Source: Candidatus Bathyarchaeota archaeon | GTDB taxonomy: Archaea > Thermoproteota > Bathyarchaeia > 40CM-2-53-6 > RBG-13-38-9 | Assembly: GCA_963807605.1 (NCBI GenBank) | Contig: CAWECG010000003.1 | Location: 320,001-384,000 of the forward strand | Direction: 5' to 3' | DNA: 64,000 bases | Shown: in pieces, positions 1-9,800 of the stretch | How the letters are laid out: every line of letters begins with the position of its first letter | Numbering within the stretch: the first letter of the stretch is position 1 | Made by a program: the position numbers and the translations under genes | Notes under the pieces: generated by a model | What the model saw: the letters and a program-made list of their open reading frames with translations, nothing else | What the model was told of the DNA's origin: nothing | Databases searched by the model: none

Positions 1-657
1 TGGAATCAGACATGGAACATTTCTCCCTGATATTGCGGACTCGAGAAAACAGGGAGCGGCCTGAATAGCTGGAAAGAATACTATGCCTATGTTTGAGCTC
101 TCCTTGAAACCGAAGACCGCCTTCGCTGTCGAGTACGTGACGTGCTTTGCAACCTCGACCCCGATCTTGTAAAGGGTCTGAGCGTTCTTCACGTCGGAGA
201 TGAGGCATGTCTTTTTGGGGTCAAAGCCTGCGGCCAAGACATCAAGGGCATTGTCATAAGTAAGCCGGAGTGTATCCTCAAGAGTGAGGTTCTGATTGAC
301 TAGAAACTTCTCATCATCTGTCAATTGGAAGTAGAGTCTTGCGTCGAAAGTTTCTTGGAGATACTTTGTGAACAGCCAAGGTATCACATGCCCTAAGTGA
401 ACATCTCCTGAGGGCCCTCTTCCCGTATAGAGTATGAACTTCTCGCCAGCATCGTGCCTGTCAAGCAGCCAGTCTAGGTCTCTGTGGGAGAAGAACACGC
501 TTCGCCTGAGCTGCATGTGAAGCTCACCAGAGTATTTCTTCAGTCTGTTGAGTAGGGAGTCTGTCAGGGGATGTGTTCCAAATTGCTCCATCAATTTTGA
601 ATAATCGATTTCTCCAGCAACTTCCCAGGGTGTTACAATCATCTCTTCATTTGTCAA
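1..657 (-). CDS. trpS: Tryptophanyl-tRNA synthetase, N-terminal part (runs off window start)
   Basis: Manual translation of the minus strand from TTG at 657: MTNEEMIVTPWEVAGEIDYSKL..FG....FFSHRDLD...YTGRGPSGDVHLGH. This is the archaeal/eukaryal TrpRS signature with a HIGH-like HLGH. Confidence 0.93.
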   Translation of the reverse strand, partial: MTNEEMIVTPWEVAGEIDYSKLMEQFGTHPLTDSLLNRLKKYSGELHMQLRRSVFFSHRDLDWLLDRHDAGEKFILYTGRGPSGDVHLGHVIPWLFTKYLQETFDARLYFQLTDDEKFLVNQNLTLEDTLRLTYDNALDVLAAGFDPKKTCLISDVKNAQTLYKIGVEVAKHVTYSTAKAVFGFKESSNIGIVFFPAIQAAPCFLESAISGRNVPCLIP

Positions 658-848
658 GTTCTTCACGAGCCTTTGACATATGTTGAAGATTCGCCTCAAT
701 GTGATCTACTGGTAATTCCAAGATAATGTTTCGTTCGTCCATCTCAAGGGAGCTGAAGTATGTTAGATGTTCACAAACTTTAAGACTGCGAATACTCTCT
801 CACTTCATAAAATCTTTGTCTTACATTAAAAGACAGGTGTTTTTGCAA

Positions 849-1973
849 TTGGCCAAGCCTCAACTTAAAGTCTGGGGGGCACTCTACAAAGAGGTTGTTA
901 CCACGAATCTCTGCATGTTCTGCGGAACATGCATCGCATCATGTCCAGTAAACGTTCTAATCCCAACAGACGACGAGAAGCCTACAATAAAGGGAATGTG
1001 CGTTCTATGCGGCCTGTGTTATCACGGTTGTCCGAGAGTTGAGTTGCCAATAGACGATATAGAAGAACGTTTCTATGGTCGCACGAGAAATGAGCAGGAA
1101 CAATACACGGGAGTCCTCCGCGGAGCCTACTCTGTGAGGTCAACCGACCCAAAGGTACAGATGATAGCTCAAGATAGTGGAGCTACAACAAGCATACTCG
1201 CGCACGCTCTCTCTCAGGGTTTTGTAGACTACACAGTTACCACGGGGATTCGTGGCAACGAGTCTTGGAGGCCCGAGCCTTATGTCTCGAATAATCTCGA
1301 TGAACTATCGAGGACTGCAAAGTCAAAGTATACAGCAGGACACGTAATGAGTGGGTTAGCAGATAGTGCTGCTGGCTATCCGCGAGCCAAAGTGGGCCTT
1401 GTAGGTCTGCCATGCCAGATTGAAGGTCTCAGACGACTGACAACGTCTCCTCTTGGACACAGGAAGCTTGGAGAACTGGTCAAACTTGCCATAGGTTTAT
1501 TCTGCTTTGATAGCTTCAAGTTTAACCAGCTCTTTCTGGACTTTGTCCAGACAAAGAATCAGATATCACTGCAACAGATCGAGAAGGTGGATATCAAGAA
1601 TAATAGATTCATTCTCTCCGCTGGAGAGAAGATCCTGATGGATCTACCGGTCAAAGAATTGAATCCATTTATGCTTCCGGCGTGTCTTAAATGCCAAGAT
1701 TTCTGCGCCGAACTGTCAGACATATCAATAGGGGCTGTCGGATCGCCCAAGGGTTGGACCACTGCTCTTATCCGTTCGGAGTTCGGAGAGGAAGTCTTCA
1801 AGACCGCCGTCGAGAAGGGCGTCATCGAATCTAAACCGCTGAGCGAGGTAAAACCTGGCATCTCGCTCGTGGCAAAGCTGTCTGAGAAGAAGAAGGAGCG
1901 CCAAGCCCCCTACATCAGGCGACGCTCAGCCTTCGATTCAACATTCAGAGAAGATGGAGTAATAAAAGCGTAA
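849..1973 (+). CDS. Coenzyme F420 hydrogenase/dehydrogenase beta-subunit (FrhB/FdhB family) with N-terminal 2x[4Fe-4S] ferredoxin
   Basis: CxxCxxCxxxCP and CxxCxxCxxxCP ferredoxin motifs, AQDSGATT, SKY, GLPCQ, IGLFC, C..C.DF.AELSDISIG.VGSP.GW. The start is more likely TTG 849 than the ORF-track 726. Confidence 0.85.
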   Translation: MAKPQLKVWGALYKEVVTTNLCMFCGTCIASCPVNVLIPTDDEKPTIKGMCVLCGLCYHGCPRVELPIDDIEERFYGRTRNEQEQYTGVLRGAYSVRSTDPKVQMIAQDSGATTSILAHALSQGFVDYTVTTGIRGNESWRPEPYVSNNLDELSRTAKSKYTAGHVMSGLADSAAGYPRAKVGLVGLPCQIEGLRRLTTSPLGHRKLGELVKLAIGLFCFDSFKFNQLFLDFVQTKNQISLQQIEKVDIKNNRFILSAGEKILMDLPVKELNPFMLPACLKCQDFCAELSDISIGAVGSPKGWTTALIRSEFGEEVFKTAVEKGVIESKPLSEVKPGISLVAKLSEKKKERQAPYIRRRSAFDSTFREDGVIKA

Positions 1974-2147
1974 TCAAGGTCTCATACGCTGCGGTAAACA
2001 AGTGCAACGCTAGGCCGATTTTAGGGACCTATTTAGATAGTAGAACCAACTCTTCATGACGAGCTCAGATGCTCTGAGGATCCTACGCACATCTATCCGA
2101 AAAACAAGCCTCCAAAACAAAAGGACTATTGGAGGGGTAACTAAGAA

Positions 2148-3029
2148 ATGGAAGACCGCCCTTTGGGAAAACGCAAGCCTGACTGGTTGAAGGTGCAAAT
2201 CGGAAGCTCGGACGAATACTATGAGACTGCAAAGACTCTGAGAGATCTGAACCTTCATACCGTCTGTGAGGAGGCGCACTGTCCGAATTCAACAGACTGT
2301 TGGGGAAGAAGGAACGCAACATTCATGATTCTGGGCGACATATGCACGCGCTCCTGCCGTTTCTGCGCCGTCAAGAATGCAAGAATAGGCAAACCAGTCG
2401 ATTACGAAGAACCTGAACGGCTTGGCACAGCCGTCAGGAGACTGAGAATAAAGTACGCAGTCATAACTTCTGTCGACAGAGACGACCTGCCTGATGGTGG
2501 TGCCGAACACTTCGCGAAGTGCGTAAGATCAATCAAGAGTCTTTCACCTGGATCTAAAGTCGAAGCCCTGATACCGGATTTTCACGGTGACCTTGAATCT
2601 CTGAGAAAGCTTGCAGACGCTCAACCTGATGTTATCGGACATAACATTGAAACAGTTAGAAGATTACAGGGCCAGCTCAGAGACCCACGTGCAAGCTACG
2701 AGACCTCGCTTAACGTTCTTCAGAATATCAAGAGACTGAAGAGCAACATCTATACAAAGTCGTCCTTGATGGTCGGCATTGGCGAGTCTAAAGAAGATAT
2801 CTTGGGGGCTCTCAACGATCTGGCGGCTAGAGCAGTCGACATAGTGACGATTGGCCAGTATCTCCAGCCGAGTAGAAAACATCATCCAGTTGTAGAATAC
2901 GTCACGCCTGAGATCTTTGAGCACTACAAGATCGAGGCTCAGAGGCTTGGCTTCAAACATGTGTTCTCAGGACCCCTAGTTAGGAGTTCGTATCATGCTG
3001 AAGAATCGTTTTGCGAACGAACAGGCTAG
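2148..3029 (+). CDS. lipA: Lipoyl synthase
   Basis: RKPDWLK, CEEAHCPN..DCW (CX4CX5C), CTRSCRFC, HNIETV, TIGQYLQPS, GPLVRSSYHA. Confidence 0.96.
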   Translation: MEDRPLGKRKPDWLKVQIGSSDEYYETAKTLRDLNLHTVCEEAHCPNSTDCWGRRNATFMILGDICTRSCRFCAVKNARIGKPVDYEEPERLGTAVRRLRIKYAVITSVDRDDLPDGGAEHFAKCVRSIKSLSPGSKVEALIPDFHGDLESLRKLADAQPDVIGHNIETVRRLQGQLRDPRASYETSLNVLQNIKRLKSNIYTKSSLMVGIGESKEDILGALNDLAARAVDIVTIGQYLQPSRKHHPVVEYVTPEIFEHYKIEAQRLGFKHVFSGPLVRSSYHAEESFCERTG

Positions 3030-3276
3030 TTCAATATCCTCCTTTAGAGTACGGGATTTCAGACAGTCCACATCAGTGTCTTCGTCCATCGACCATTCTT
3101 TCCAGTTGAGTTCCTAGCTAAATGGCCCAAAGGCTGTTTGGGCAGAGCACCCGTTCTAAGGGTCGAGGGTAAGGTTCATAAGCAGGTTTGTTACCTAGGG
3201 TAACAACAGGTCCTGATCCAACTCCACCACATAACGCATTATCAGAAGTAAAAGAAACGGAGACCGAAGTTAGCAT

Positions 3277-3768
3277 ATGCATTCATTAACTGGATACATC
3301 AAGAGACTTGATCAGAGCAGAGACTTCAGCGACATCTTTGCCTTGGTTAAGAAGGCTGTCAAAGAGACAATCAATGAAGCTCGCGTAGGATTGATGCTGG
3401 TGCTAGCGGACCTCCCACCACAGGTTGGAGCATTCCATGAGATCGGATCTAACTCGATTGTGCTGAATCGCAAGCTACTTAATGCTGTTATAAAGTCCTG
3501 CAAATCATTTCGGGAAATCAATGCATACATATTTTCAATACTCCTACATGAGTACTTACACTCTCTTGGACACTTGCACGAACATGAAGTTAGAGAACTA
3601 TCTTTCCAAATCTCCAAGAAAATACTAGGCGAGAATCATCCAGCAACTGAATTCATTACTAAGGGCTTCTCGGAGAAGAAGATAAACAGACTCCCCGACA
3701 AAGGACCCCCCGATCTCCCCCAAATAATTCCCGACCTAGAAAAGACAGCCCAATCGTACGTACAGTAG
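3277..3768 (+). CDS. Uncharacterised HExxH (zincin-like) protein, paralog 1
   Basis: LLHEYLHSLG motif; clearly homologous to 3843..4310 and 22881..23417. Confidence 0.7.
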   Translation: MHSLTGYIKRLDQSRDFSDIFALVKKAVKETINEARVGLMLVLADLPPQVGAFHEIGSNSIVLNRKLLNAVIKSCKSFREINAYIFSILLHEYLHSLGHLHEHEVRELSFQISKKILGENHPATEFITKGFSEKKINRLPDKGPPDLPQIIPDLEKTAQSYVQ

Positions 3769-3842
3769 AGAACCATCAACAAGGCGACCAAAGCATACTC
3801 ACACACTTCCCGCTTGTATTTTATAGTAGCAAGCCAGATCCT

Positions 3843-4310
3843 ATGCCAGACGTTAGTGGCATCAGATATAATAAGTCAAATACATACTGTACCCAACTTC
3901 AAGAATCTAACGACTTCGAAGAGATCTTTGAAGTGGTGAAACGTTCCGTCAAAGATTTCTTGAACATGGAGAGGACGGGACTAGAACTGTATCTCAGAGA
4001 ACTGCCGCTTGAAGTCGGAGCCTTTCACAAGATTGGAACAAACATAATAGTGATGAACAGGGCTTTAATCGATCGCGTTATCGACGCTCAAGTGAGCTTT
4101 GCGGAGATGAGATCATTCATCTATAACATTCTACTTCACGAGTATCTTCACTCTCTTGGAATCTACGATGAGCTTAAGACAAGAAGATTGACCTACAAGA
4201 TTTCAAAGATAAGCCTGGGAGGGAAACACCCCGCAACTATTCTCGCAAGGAAAGGACCATGGGCCATTCTAGACTGCGAACTGACTTCCAGGGACAGGCC
4301 GTGGAATTAG
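3843..4310 (+). CDS. Uncharacterised HExxH (zincin-like) protein, paralog 2
   Basis: VGAFH.IG.N.IVMN and LLHEYLHSLG shared with the neighbouring gene. Confidence 0.7.
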   Translation: MPDVSGIRYNKSNTYCTQLQESNDFEEIFEVVKRSVKDFLNMERTGLELYLRELPLEVGAFHKIGTNIIVMNRALIDRVIDAQVSFAEMRSFIYNILLHEYLHSLGIYDELKTRRLTYKISKISLGGKHPATILARKGPWAILDCELTSRDRPWN

Positions 4311-4481
4311 ATCTCTCTTTGGTTGAGATGTCAAGACAATTGAGACAGGTGAATAAAGCCCCAACGATGTCGGGAAGACACAGTCTAGTTCTCGTCTAGT
4401 TTCCTAGATTTAGCTATTCAGGTAACTGTACCATAAAGAATATTTCAAGTCCCAACCAGCACTTGGATTTGAGGTGCAGCA

Positions 4482-4904
4482 ATGAAAAGAAATGTTCTAA
4501 CATGTACAGTCTTGGTGCTTACGGTCTACTTGGCAATACTTCTGCCAACAGCCGCGTTAGCCTACACACCTTCACCGGGCTACAGTGGAACACCAATCAA
4601 TTATGGAGGATGGCTCCTAGGAGAAGTCGATATGAACATACGTAACATCGTAGAGAAAGTCCCGTGGGCGCAGATAACCGTTACTGGCACAGATAGTACC
4701 GGAAAAGCCGTTACTGATGTGGTACATTCGAATGGATTCGGCACTTACCGAGTCTACCTGTCCCCTGGGACCTATACTGTCACTGTCAGCTACTTGCAGT
4801 ACAGCCAGACCTACAACGTCAAAATAAATGTGGACCAAATCTATTACCTCTTGAACATCTACATTGAAAGGCCTGACGCGGGATTCAAAAACTATCTATC
4901 TTGA
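4482..4904 (+). CDS. Secreted beta-sandwich (carboxypeptidase-regulatory-like) domain protein
   Basis: N-terminal signal peptide; SNGFGTYRVYLSPGTYTVTVSY pattern. Confidence 0.65.
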   Translation: MKRNVLTCTVLVLTVYLAILLPTAALAYTPSPGYSGTPINYGGWLLGEVDMNIRNIVEKVPWAQITVTGTDSTGKAVTDVVHSNGFGTYRVYLSPGTYTVTVSYLQYSQTYNVKINVDQIYYLLNIYIERPDAGFKNYLS

Positions 4905-4948
4905 ACATCTACATTGAAAGGCCTGACGCGGACTTCAAAGACTGTCTA
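4849..4948 (+). repeat. 50-bp tandem duplication across the 3' end of 4482..4904
   Basis: TTGAACATCTACATTGAAAGGCCTGACGCGG at 4851 and 4901, followed by diverged tails. Confidence 0.9.
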
Positions 4949-5192
4949 CAGTAAAAATCGCGTCCCCCTCCCTTTTTTTGGCTGTTCGCTACGAAATTTG
5001 TTCTCTAGGTTACTTCATTGATACTCGGGCCATCCCCAGAGACCCAAGATGCTATCATTCCATGACCATCAATTCATTTTTCATATGTCGTAAACTGCAG
5101 AACAGCCATATCCAGTGTTACTGCCCAGCGTTCACTCACACACGATCTAGCCAAGCTTTGCTGGGGATTTCGAACGGATTTGGATCGAAAAA

Positions 5193-5711
5193 CTATCCCT
5201 TAAAAGGGATAGATGTGGCGACGCCCTCACTGCAACTGACAACAATGTTGAATTCAACACCGTATTCCTGCGTCGTAGGGAGATTCAACTTCTTTGTTAT
5301 ATTTATCGACTCCTGAGTTTTCAGGATGTCAATAACTTGAATTGAAAGCTTGCCCTTCGCGGATAGCAAATCAACTGCAACTGAATGCGCGTCTGCCGTA
5401 CCTGTATTCTTGATAGTTAAGGTTAACGTATTATTTACAATCGTAGGAGTTGAGACCTCGAAGTTAGGTCTGCTAGACGAGCTAGACGACCTCAGAAATA
5501 ACGCTGTTACCACGACAACTATGGCGATAACCGCTATCACAATAAGCCTTACTCGTTTCTGCTTGCGAGGCTTCTTCGCACCAGGTATTCTCCGCTCAAG
5601 TTCATGGCGCAGGGTTCCATAATCTTGAGGACTCATAATGCCCTTCGAGTAGGCAGCATCGAGACGGCGGATTAGGTGGGAAATTCGTTCTCTCTCATTA
5701 ACGTTGGACAA
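5193..5711 (-). CDS. Single-pass membrane protein (short N-terminal helical domain, TM helix, CARDB/Ig-like domain)
   Basis: TM segment LIVIAVIAIVVVVTALFL; TLTIKNTGTADA Ig-like motif. Confidence 0.6.
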   Translation of the reverse strand: MSNVNERERISHLIRRLDAAYSKGIMSPQDYGTLRHELERRIPGAKKPRKQKRVRLIVIAVIAIVVVVTALFLRSSSSSSRPNFEVSTPTIVNNTLTLTIKNTGTADAHSVAVDLLSAKGKLSIQVIDILKTQESINITKKLNLPTTQEYGVEFNIVVSCSEGVATSIPFKG

Positions 5712-5837
5712 CCTGCTCTGCTCCCGCCTTAGAATAACGATCTGGAAACTAATACGGTTTGCGAATAGGCTAGTCTTTGGTCGCTGGACATCTGAAGACG
5801 AGTTCGAGGTTCTGTGTTTTATTCAATCATTATGGTT

Positions 5838-5936
5838 TGGTGGGGTCGGTGGGATTTGAACCCACGACCTCGCGGGTTCTTGAAGCCTCGGGGCTACCCA
5901 AGCCGCGTAGCGTAGACCAGACTAGCCCACGACCCC
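5838..5936 (-). tRNA. tRNA-Pro(UGG) with 20-nt canonical 37/38 intron, encoded CCA
   Basis: Acceptor GGGGTCG/CGACCCC-ACCA; anticodon stem CGCGG/CCGCG; T arm GTGGG-TTCAAAT-CCCAC. BHB-like motif: CTTG/CAAG helix with GG|T and AA|C bulges. Confidence 0.92.
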
Positions 5937-6472
5937 CACGTAGGTTAATAACGTATTTTTCTGATTTCTAACCCGCTTCTCTTACGTTTGAGTTTCTACT
6001 GAAGAAAAGTCTTCCGGTTTCATCGCAGTCTTCGGGAGATAAGATCGTGAGTTTCATCACGCGCGAACTGTTTCCTTTTCTGCTGGTGTCTTGTGTAGCG
6101 AGCGCTAGGAAACAAAGAGACTAACTCCTCCACCCTTTTTATCTTCTTAAGCTTCTTTTCATACCGGGGAGTCTGCAGTCTCTTCATTCCGGCAACGACA
6201 GTCGTCAAGTCTTTTGTTCCCAATCAGTGCAAGGTTACGGCCGCACTCTCAAAGGCATTTTCACTGTTCTCTATGCCACTTATGTTCTAAGATGTTTCCA
6301 TCGACACATGGTGGAGGGATTCTAGTTGAATCCTCATTCGTCACACAAGCTGGTAGGAATAAAAATCGTGAACACTGAGATACGGTATTGCGATTACTGT
6401 AGCCTCTCCGCAACTCATCGTGAGATGAGCAGCCATGCAGACGCGACCTAACTTGCTCGAAAGGGGCGCCTG

Positions 6473-7204
6473 TTAGGGGAGCGCCCGTATCCACTCCGCC
6501 GCTTCCTGCGTCTTTTGTGGGGAGACCCAGCGAGGGGTACTTCGTTGAATTGCATTGAGTTTCGTGAAGGAACCAAGATGAGTCTTCGCCTCATCAGACA
6601 AGACGTATACCTTATGTCCTCCATTATCGAGACCTACTTTACTTATTGGTTGGGCGGATTCTAGGAGCCTGCTTCTTGAATTGCCCTTAACCAAGATCAG
6701 GCTTTTCTCGCCTCTTCCATATTTCACATGGTAATTATTGCCGAAGAACGTGTGTAGATCATTGTCGGAGAAATCGGTAAACTCTCCTGCAGTTTTGACA
6801 TCAAAATATCCAATAATGTACAAACCGCGTTTCTTGTCATCCTTGAAATCATATGGCTCCAGTCCAGCATAGAACACGAGCAAATCACCGGTGTGGAGCT
6901 TCCTCAGACTCCGTTTTGATTTGGCAGGATCTCCATATGTGAAGGTGTCAAACTCAGGATCATGATGAACGACGGTTTTGACGGTATCCGCTTGACGAAG
7001 TCGCGGGAAGAATTTCCAGAGTGGCCTTTTAGTCTTCTTACCCTTGATCTCACCGTACGTCTTACCTGGTTTGCCACGACCTTCGGGGATGGGAATATAT
7101 TCGAAGGTGCTGTCAGAGAAAAGCGGACCTAGCATTCCACCCGATCCCGTATCAATTCCCACACGTAGCAAGCAGACCTGCATTGGCTCGCTGCTGGAGG
7201 TCAT
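6473..7204 (-). CDS. Nucleotide-modification-associated domain 3 (Nmad3)-like protein
   Basis: LRVGIDTGSGG..GPLF.D..FEYIPIPE, H.DPEF..FTYGD, L..GDLLVFYAGL, Y.IGYF.V. Confidence 0.65.
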   Translation of the reverse strand: MTSSSEPMQVCLLRVGIDTGSGGMLGPLFSDSTFEYIPIPEGRGKPGKTYGEIKGKKTKRPLWKFFPRLRQADTVKTVVHHDPEFDTFTYGDPAKSKRSLRKLHTGDLLVFYAGLEPYDFKDDKKRGLYIIGYFDVKTAGEFTDFSDNDLHTFFGNNYHVKYGRGEKSLILVKGNSRSRLLESAQPISKVGLDNGGHKVYVLSDEAKTHLGSFTKLNAIQRSTPRWVSPQKTQEAAEWIRALP

Positions 7205-7405
7205 TCATCATCAACGCAAGCGAGCTATCCGTCCAGCCCTAACCATGGCATGCTCCCAAGCTGGATCAACTGGGTGATTGCCATGTTTGTCTAACCCTCC
7301 AGCTATCGGTAGCATAATCCCGTCGACACGAAACAATTAATCATTTCAGCTGTCGGTGATTATGTGCGCGCGGTTTCTAGTTCGAAAAAGAATGGGGTTT
7401 GCGAG

Positions 7406-7433
7406 AAAACTAGTTCAGTGATGAACTAGTTTT
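7406..7433. terminator. 12-bp perfect hairpin, possible terminator
   Basis: AAAACTAGTTCA-GTGA-TGAACTAGTTTT overlapping the stop codon of the small Cys-rich gene. Confidence 0.4.
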
Positions 7434-7598
7434 ACTTTCTCTTTTTCTTGGCCGCTGTCTTCCTACTCGTTTTTCTGCCAGTTTTTCTCATTGGCGTGTT
7501 GCAACATACTAGGTCGCATTCAGTGCACCACATACGCTGTCTACGCTGCATACGACGCCACATAAATCACATTTGTACAGGTCGCCTTTAACCACCAA
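7415..7598 (-). pseudogene. Small Cys-rich desulforedoxin-like protein with a basic tail, interrupted by a 1-nt frameshift near 7526
   Basis: Manual translation: MVVKGDLYKCDLCGVVCSVDSVCG|(C)TECDLVCCNTPMRKTGRKTSRKTAAKKKRKVKLVHH*. The two halves are in different frames. Confidence 0.6.
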
Positions 7599-7787
7599 GT
7601 TCTCATACTCCACTTGATAATACGACACCACACAGAATATATATTTCTCTTGATGCGTGCATTAGATGAAGTTAACAACCCTAGCCTCTGCTCATAATTT
7701 CCTCAATTCATAAGATGACTGTTGCGCATAGCAATCTGAGAAACCCGTTGATGGAGTCGTGAAATCTCGGCAAAGGACAAGACGTTT

Positions 7788-8324
7788 GTGACTGTACAGA
7801 ACGTTGTCGCCACGGCAAATCTAAAACAACATCTAGATCTCGACACTATTGCACGATTATTCCCTGGAGTTCAGTATCGACCGCGAGAGTTTCCAGGACT
7901 CGTTTTCCGGTTGAAGAACCCTAAGACCGCGACACTCATCTTCAGCACTGGAAAGATGGTCTGCACCGGATCCAAGTCAGAACGGCAGGCAAAAAGAGCA
8001 GTGGCAAATATTGCGGCTGAACTCAAGAGAAATGGAATTGTAATCGTCGGAAGAATCGACATTCAGGTGCAGAACATAGTAGCTTCAGGTGGACTAGGCG
8101 GCTCCATCGACCTAGATAAGACAATCTATTCATTGAAGAAGACGATCTATGAGCCTGAGCAGTTTCCAGGACTCATCTATCGTATGGACGAGCCTAAAGT
8201 GGTTATGCTCCTCTTCGCAAGTGGAAACTTTGTCTGCACTGGAGCGAAGAAGGAAGAAGATGTTCGCCGTGCCGTAACCAAACTTCAGGAGACGCTTGAA
8301 GAGAAAGAGCTCATCAGCTATTAG
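7788..8324 (+). CDS. tbp: TATA-box binding protein
   Basis: Two TBP repeats: NVVAT...Y.P.EFPGLVFRL..PK...LIFSTGKMVCTG and NIVAS...YEPEQFPGLIYR...LLFASGNFVCTG. Confidence 0.96.
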   Translation: MTVQNVVATANLKQHLDLDTIARLFPGVQYRPREFPGLVFRLKNPKTATLIFSTGKMVCTGSKSERQAKRAVANIAAELKRNGIVIVGRIDIQVQNIVASGGLGGSIDLDKTIYSLKKTIYEPEQFPGLIYRMDEPKVVMLLFASGNFVCTGAKKEEDVRRAVTKLQETLEEKELISY

Positions 8325-8667
8325 ACAGATGAGATGATGCGCTATTCAAACGCGACATCAATAATATTGCTTTTATGCAGGCGTCAAAAGAGTAGAGAAG
8401 ATCAGTCCCTTGAGGAAGGCGTACTCGAGGACAGTGAAGTCGTAGAAACTTAGGTGTCTTTCAGGAACTCGTCTAGAGACTTATTCTGACTTAACACGAG
8501 CCACAGCTTCACTTTTTCGACACCATATTTATTCCAGACTGACATTTTAGACCCGAGAAATCAGAGATCTAAGATAGATATCAAGGATAGAGGAAAGTGA
8601 ACGAAATCCCCTATCGGGGGATGGGGAGAAACCGTGCGAGTAACCGCGTACCAAGAGAAACTTAGAA

Positions 8668-9678
8668 ATGTGGGAAAAGGGAGATGTGACAACTATGCAG
8701 TGTACTCTGCCATCCTTTGATGAGATGCTTACGAAGTTCTCTGCAAGACTGGTGAGGTCAAGAACAGAGGTTTTGCAGGTCAATGTCACCAATACCTGTA
8801 ACCAAGAATGTAACCACTGCTATGTCGATGCTGGACCTTACAGAACAGACACAATGGATTTGAATACTCTGAGTGCTTGCCTGGAGTTCCTCAGATTGTC
8901 AAAGGTTGAAAGAGTAGAGATTACCGGAGGGGCTCCGGAACTGTATCCTAACTTCGAGGAATTGATCAAGTCCATTTCCAGGATAAAGAAAAAGATAGTT
9001 GTGAGATCCAATCTGACAGTACTTCTTGAACCAGGCAAAGAGCATCTGCCAGACTTCTACAGGAGGTACAAAGTAGAGCTCTACTGCTCACTACCATGCT
9101 ACACCAAAGAGAACGTCGACAGACAAAGGGGAGAGGGAACATTCTGGAAAAGTATCCGCGCTCTACACCTCCTCAATGATGCTGGTTACGGGAAAGACCA
9201 ATCATTAGTTCTCAATCTAGTTTATAATCCAGGTGGGGCCTTCCTCCCGCCACCTACGCAGGAGTTAGAAGAGGATTACAGAGAAGTACTTCGCAAAGAG
9301 CATGGAATATTCCTTGATCATGTTATAACCCTGACTAATATGCCGATAAATCGTTTCGACAGATGGCTGAGAACCGAGGGACTGTACGAACAATACATGA
9401 CTCTCCTCTACGAGAGCTTCAACCCGGCAACTCTACAGGGCCTCATGTGCAAATACTACTTGAACGTGGGATGGGACGGAAGGCTCTACGACTGTGACTT
9501 TAACCAAATGCTCAGCTTTAATATCCGTGACCCACAGACAGGAAAACTGTTGACCATAGACTCAGTCGATGATAGAAGTCTGGAAGGCATGAAGATACGC
9601 ACTGGCACACACTGCTATGGTTGCACTGCTGGGAGGGGCAGTAGCTGCAAAGGCGAGATAGTAAATAAAGGAACCTAA
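8668..9678 (+). CDS. arsS: Radical SAM/Cys-rich protein, ArsS (arsenosugar biosynthesis, DUF3641) family
   Basis: CNQECNHC, ITGGAPEL, SLPCY, LVYNPGGAFLPP, NMPINRF, YDCDFNQM, HCYGCTAG.GSSC. Confidence 0.8.
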   Translation: MWEKGDVTTMQCTLPSFDEMLTKFSARLVRSRTEVLQVNVTNTCNQECNHCYVDAGPYRTDTMDLNTLSACLEFLRLSKVERVEITGGAPELYPNFEELIKSISRIKKKIVVRSNLTVLLEPGKEHLPDFYRRYKVELYCSLPCYTKENVDRQRGEGTFWKSIRALHLLNDAGYGKDQSLVLNLVYNPGGAFLPPPTQELEEDYREVLRKEHGIFLDHVITLTNMPINRFDRWLRTEGLYEQYMTLLYESFNPATLQGLMCKYYLNVGWDGRLYDCDFNQMLSFNIRDPQTGKLLTIDSVDDRSLEGMKIRTGTHCYGCTAGRGSSCKGEIVNKGT

Positions 9679-9800
9679 TCGAGTCAGTTCAGGCAGTTGT
9701 CATTATTCTCACATCGCTGCCAAGAATGGTGTACAAATGCGTTTTGGAGCTGCACATGAACATAGGATTAATAGCGCGCGCTATTGGTTTTTAATGGTTT

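Noticed and set aside
7764-7788. Non-canonical ATC start for TBP
   Set aside because: The frame is open for a few more codons, but the GTG start already gives a nearly complete TBP core, so evidence is insufficient.
8600-8660. Possible riboswitch upstream of the ArsS-like gene
   Set aside because: Only a short ATCCCC/GGGGAT hairpin; it does not complete any riboswitch consensus I can recognise.
9620-9678. Selenocysteine in the ArsS C-terminal GSS motif
   Set aside because: The codon is TGC (Cys), not TGA.
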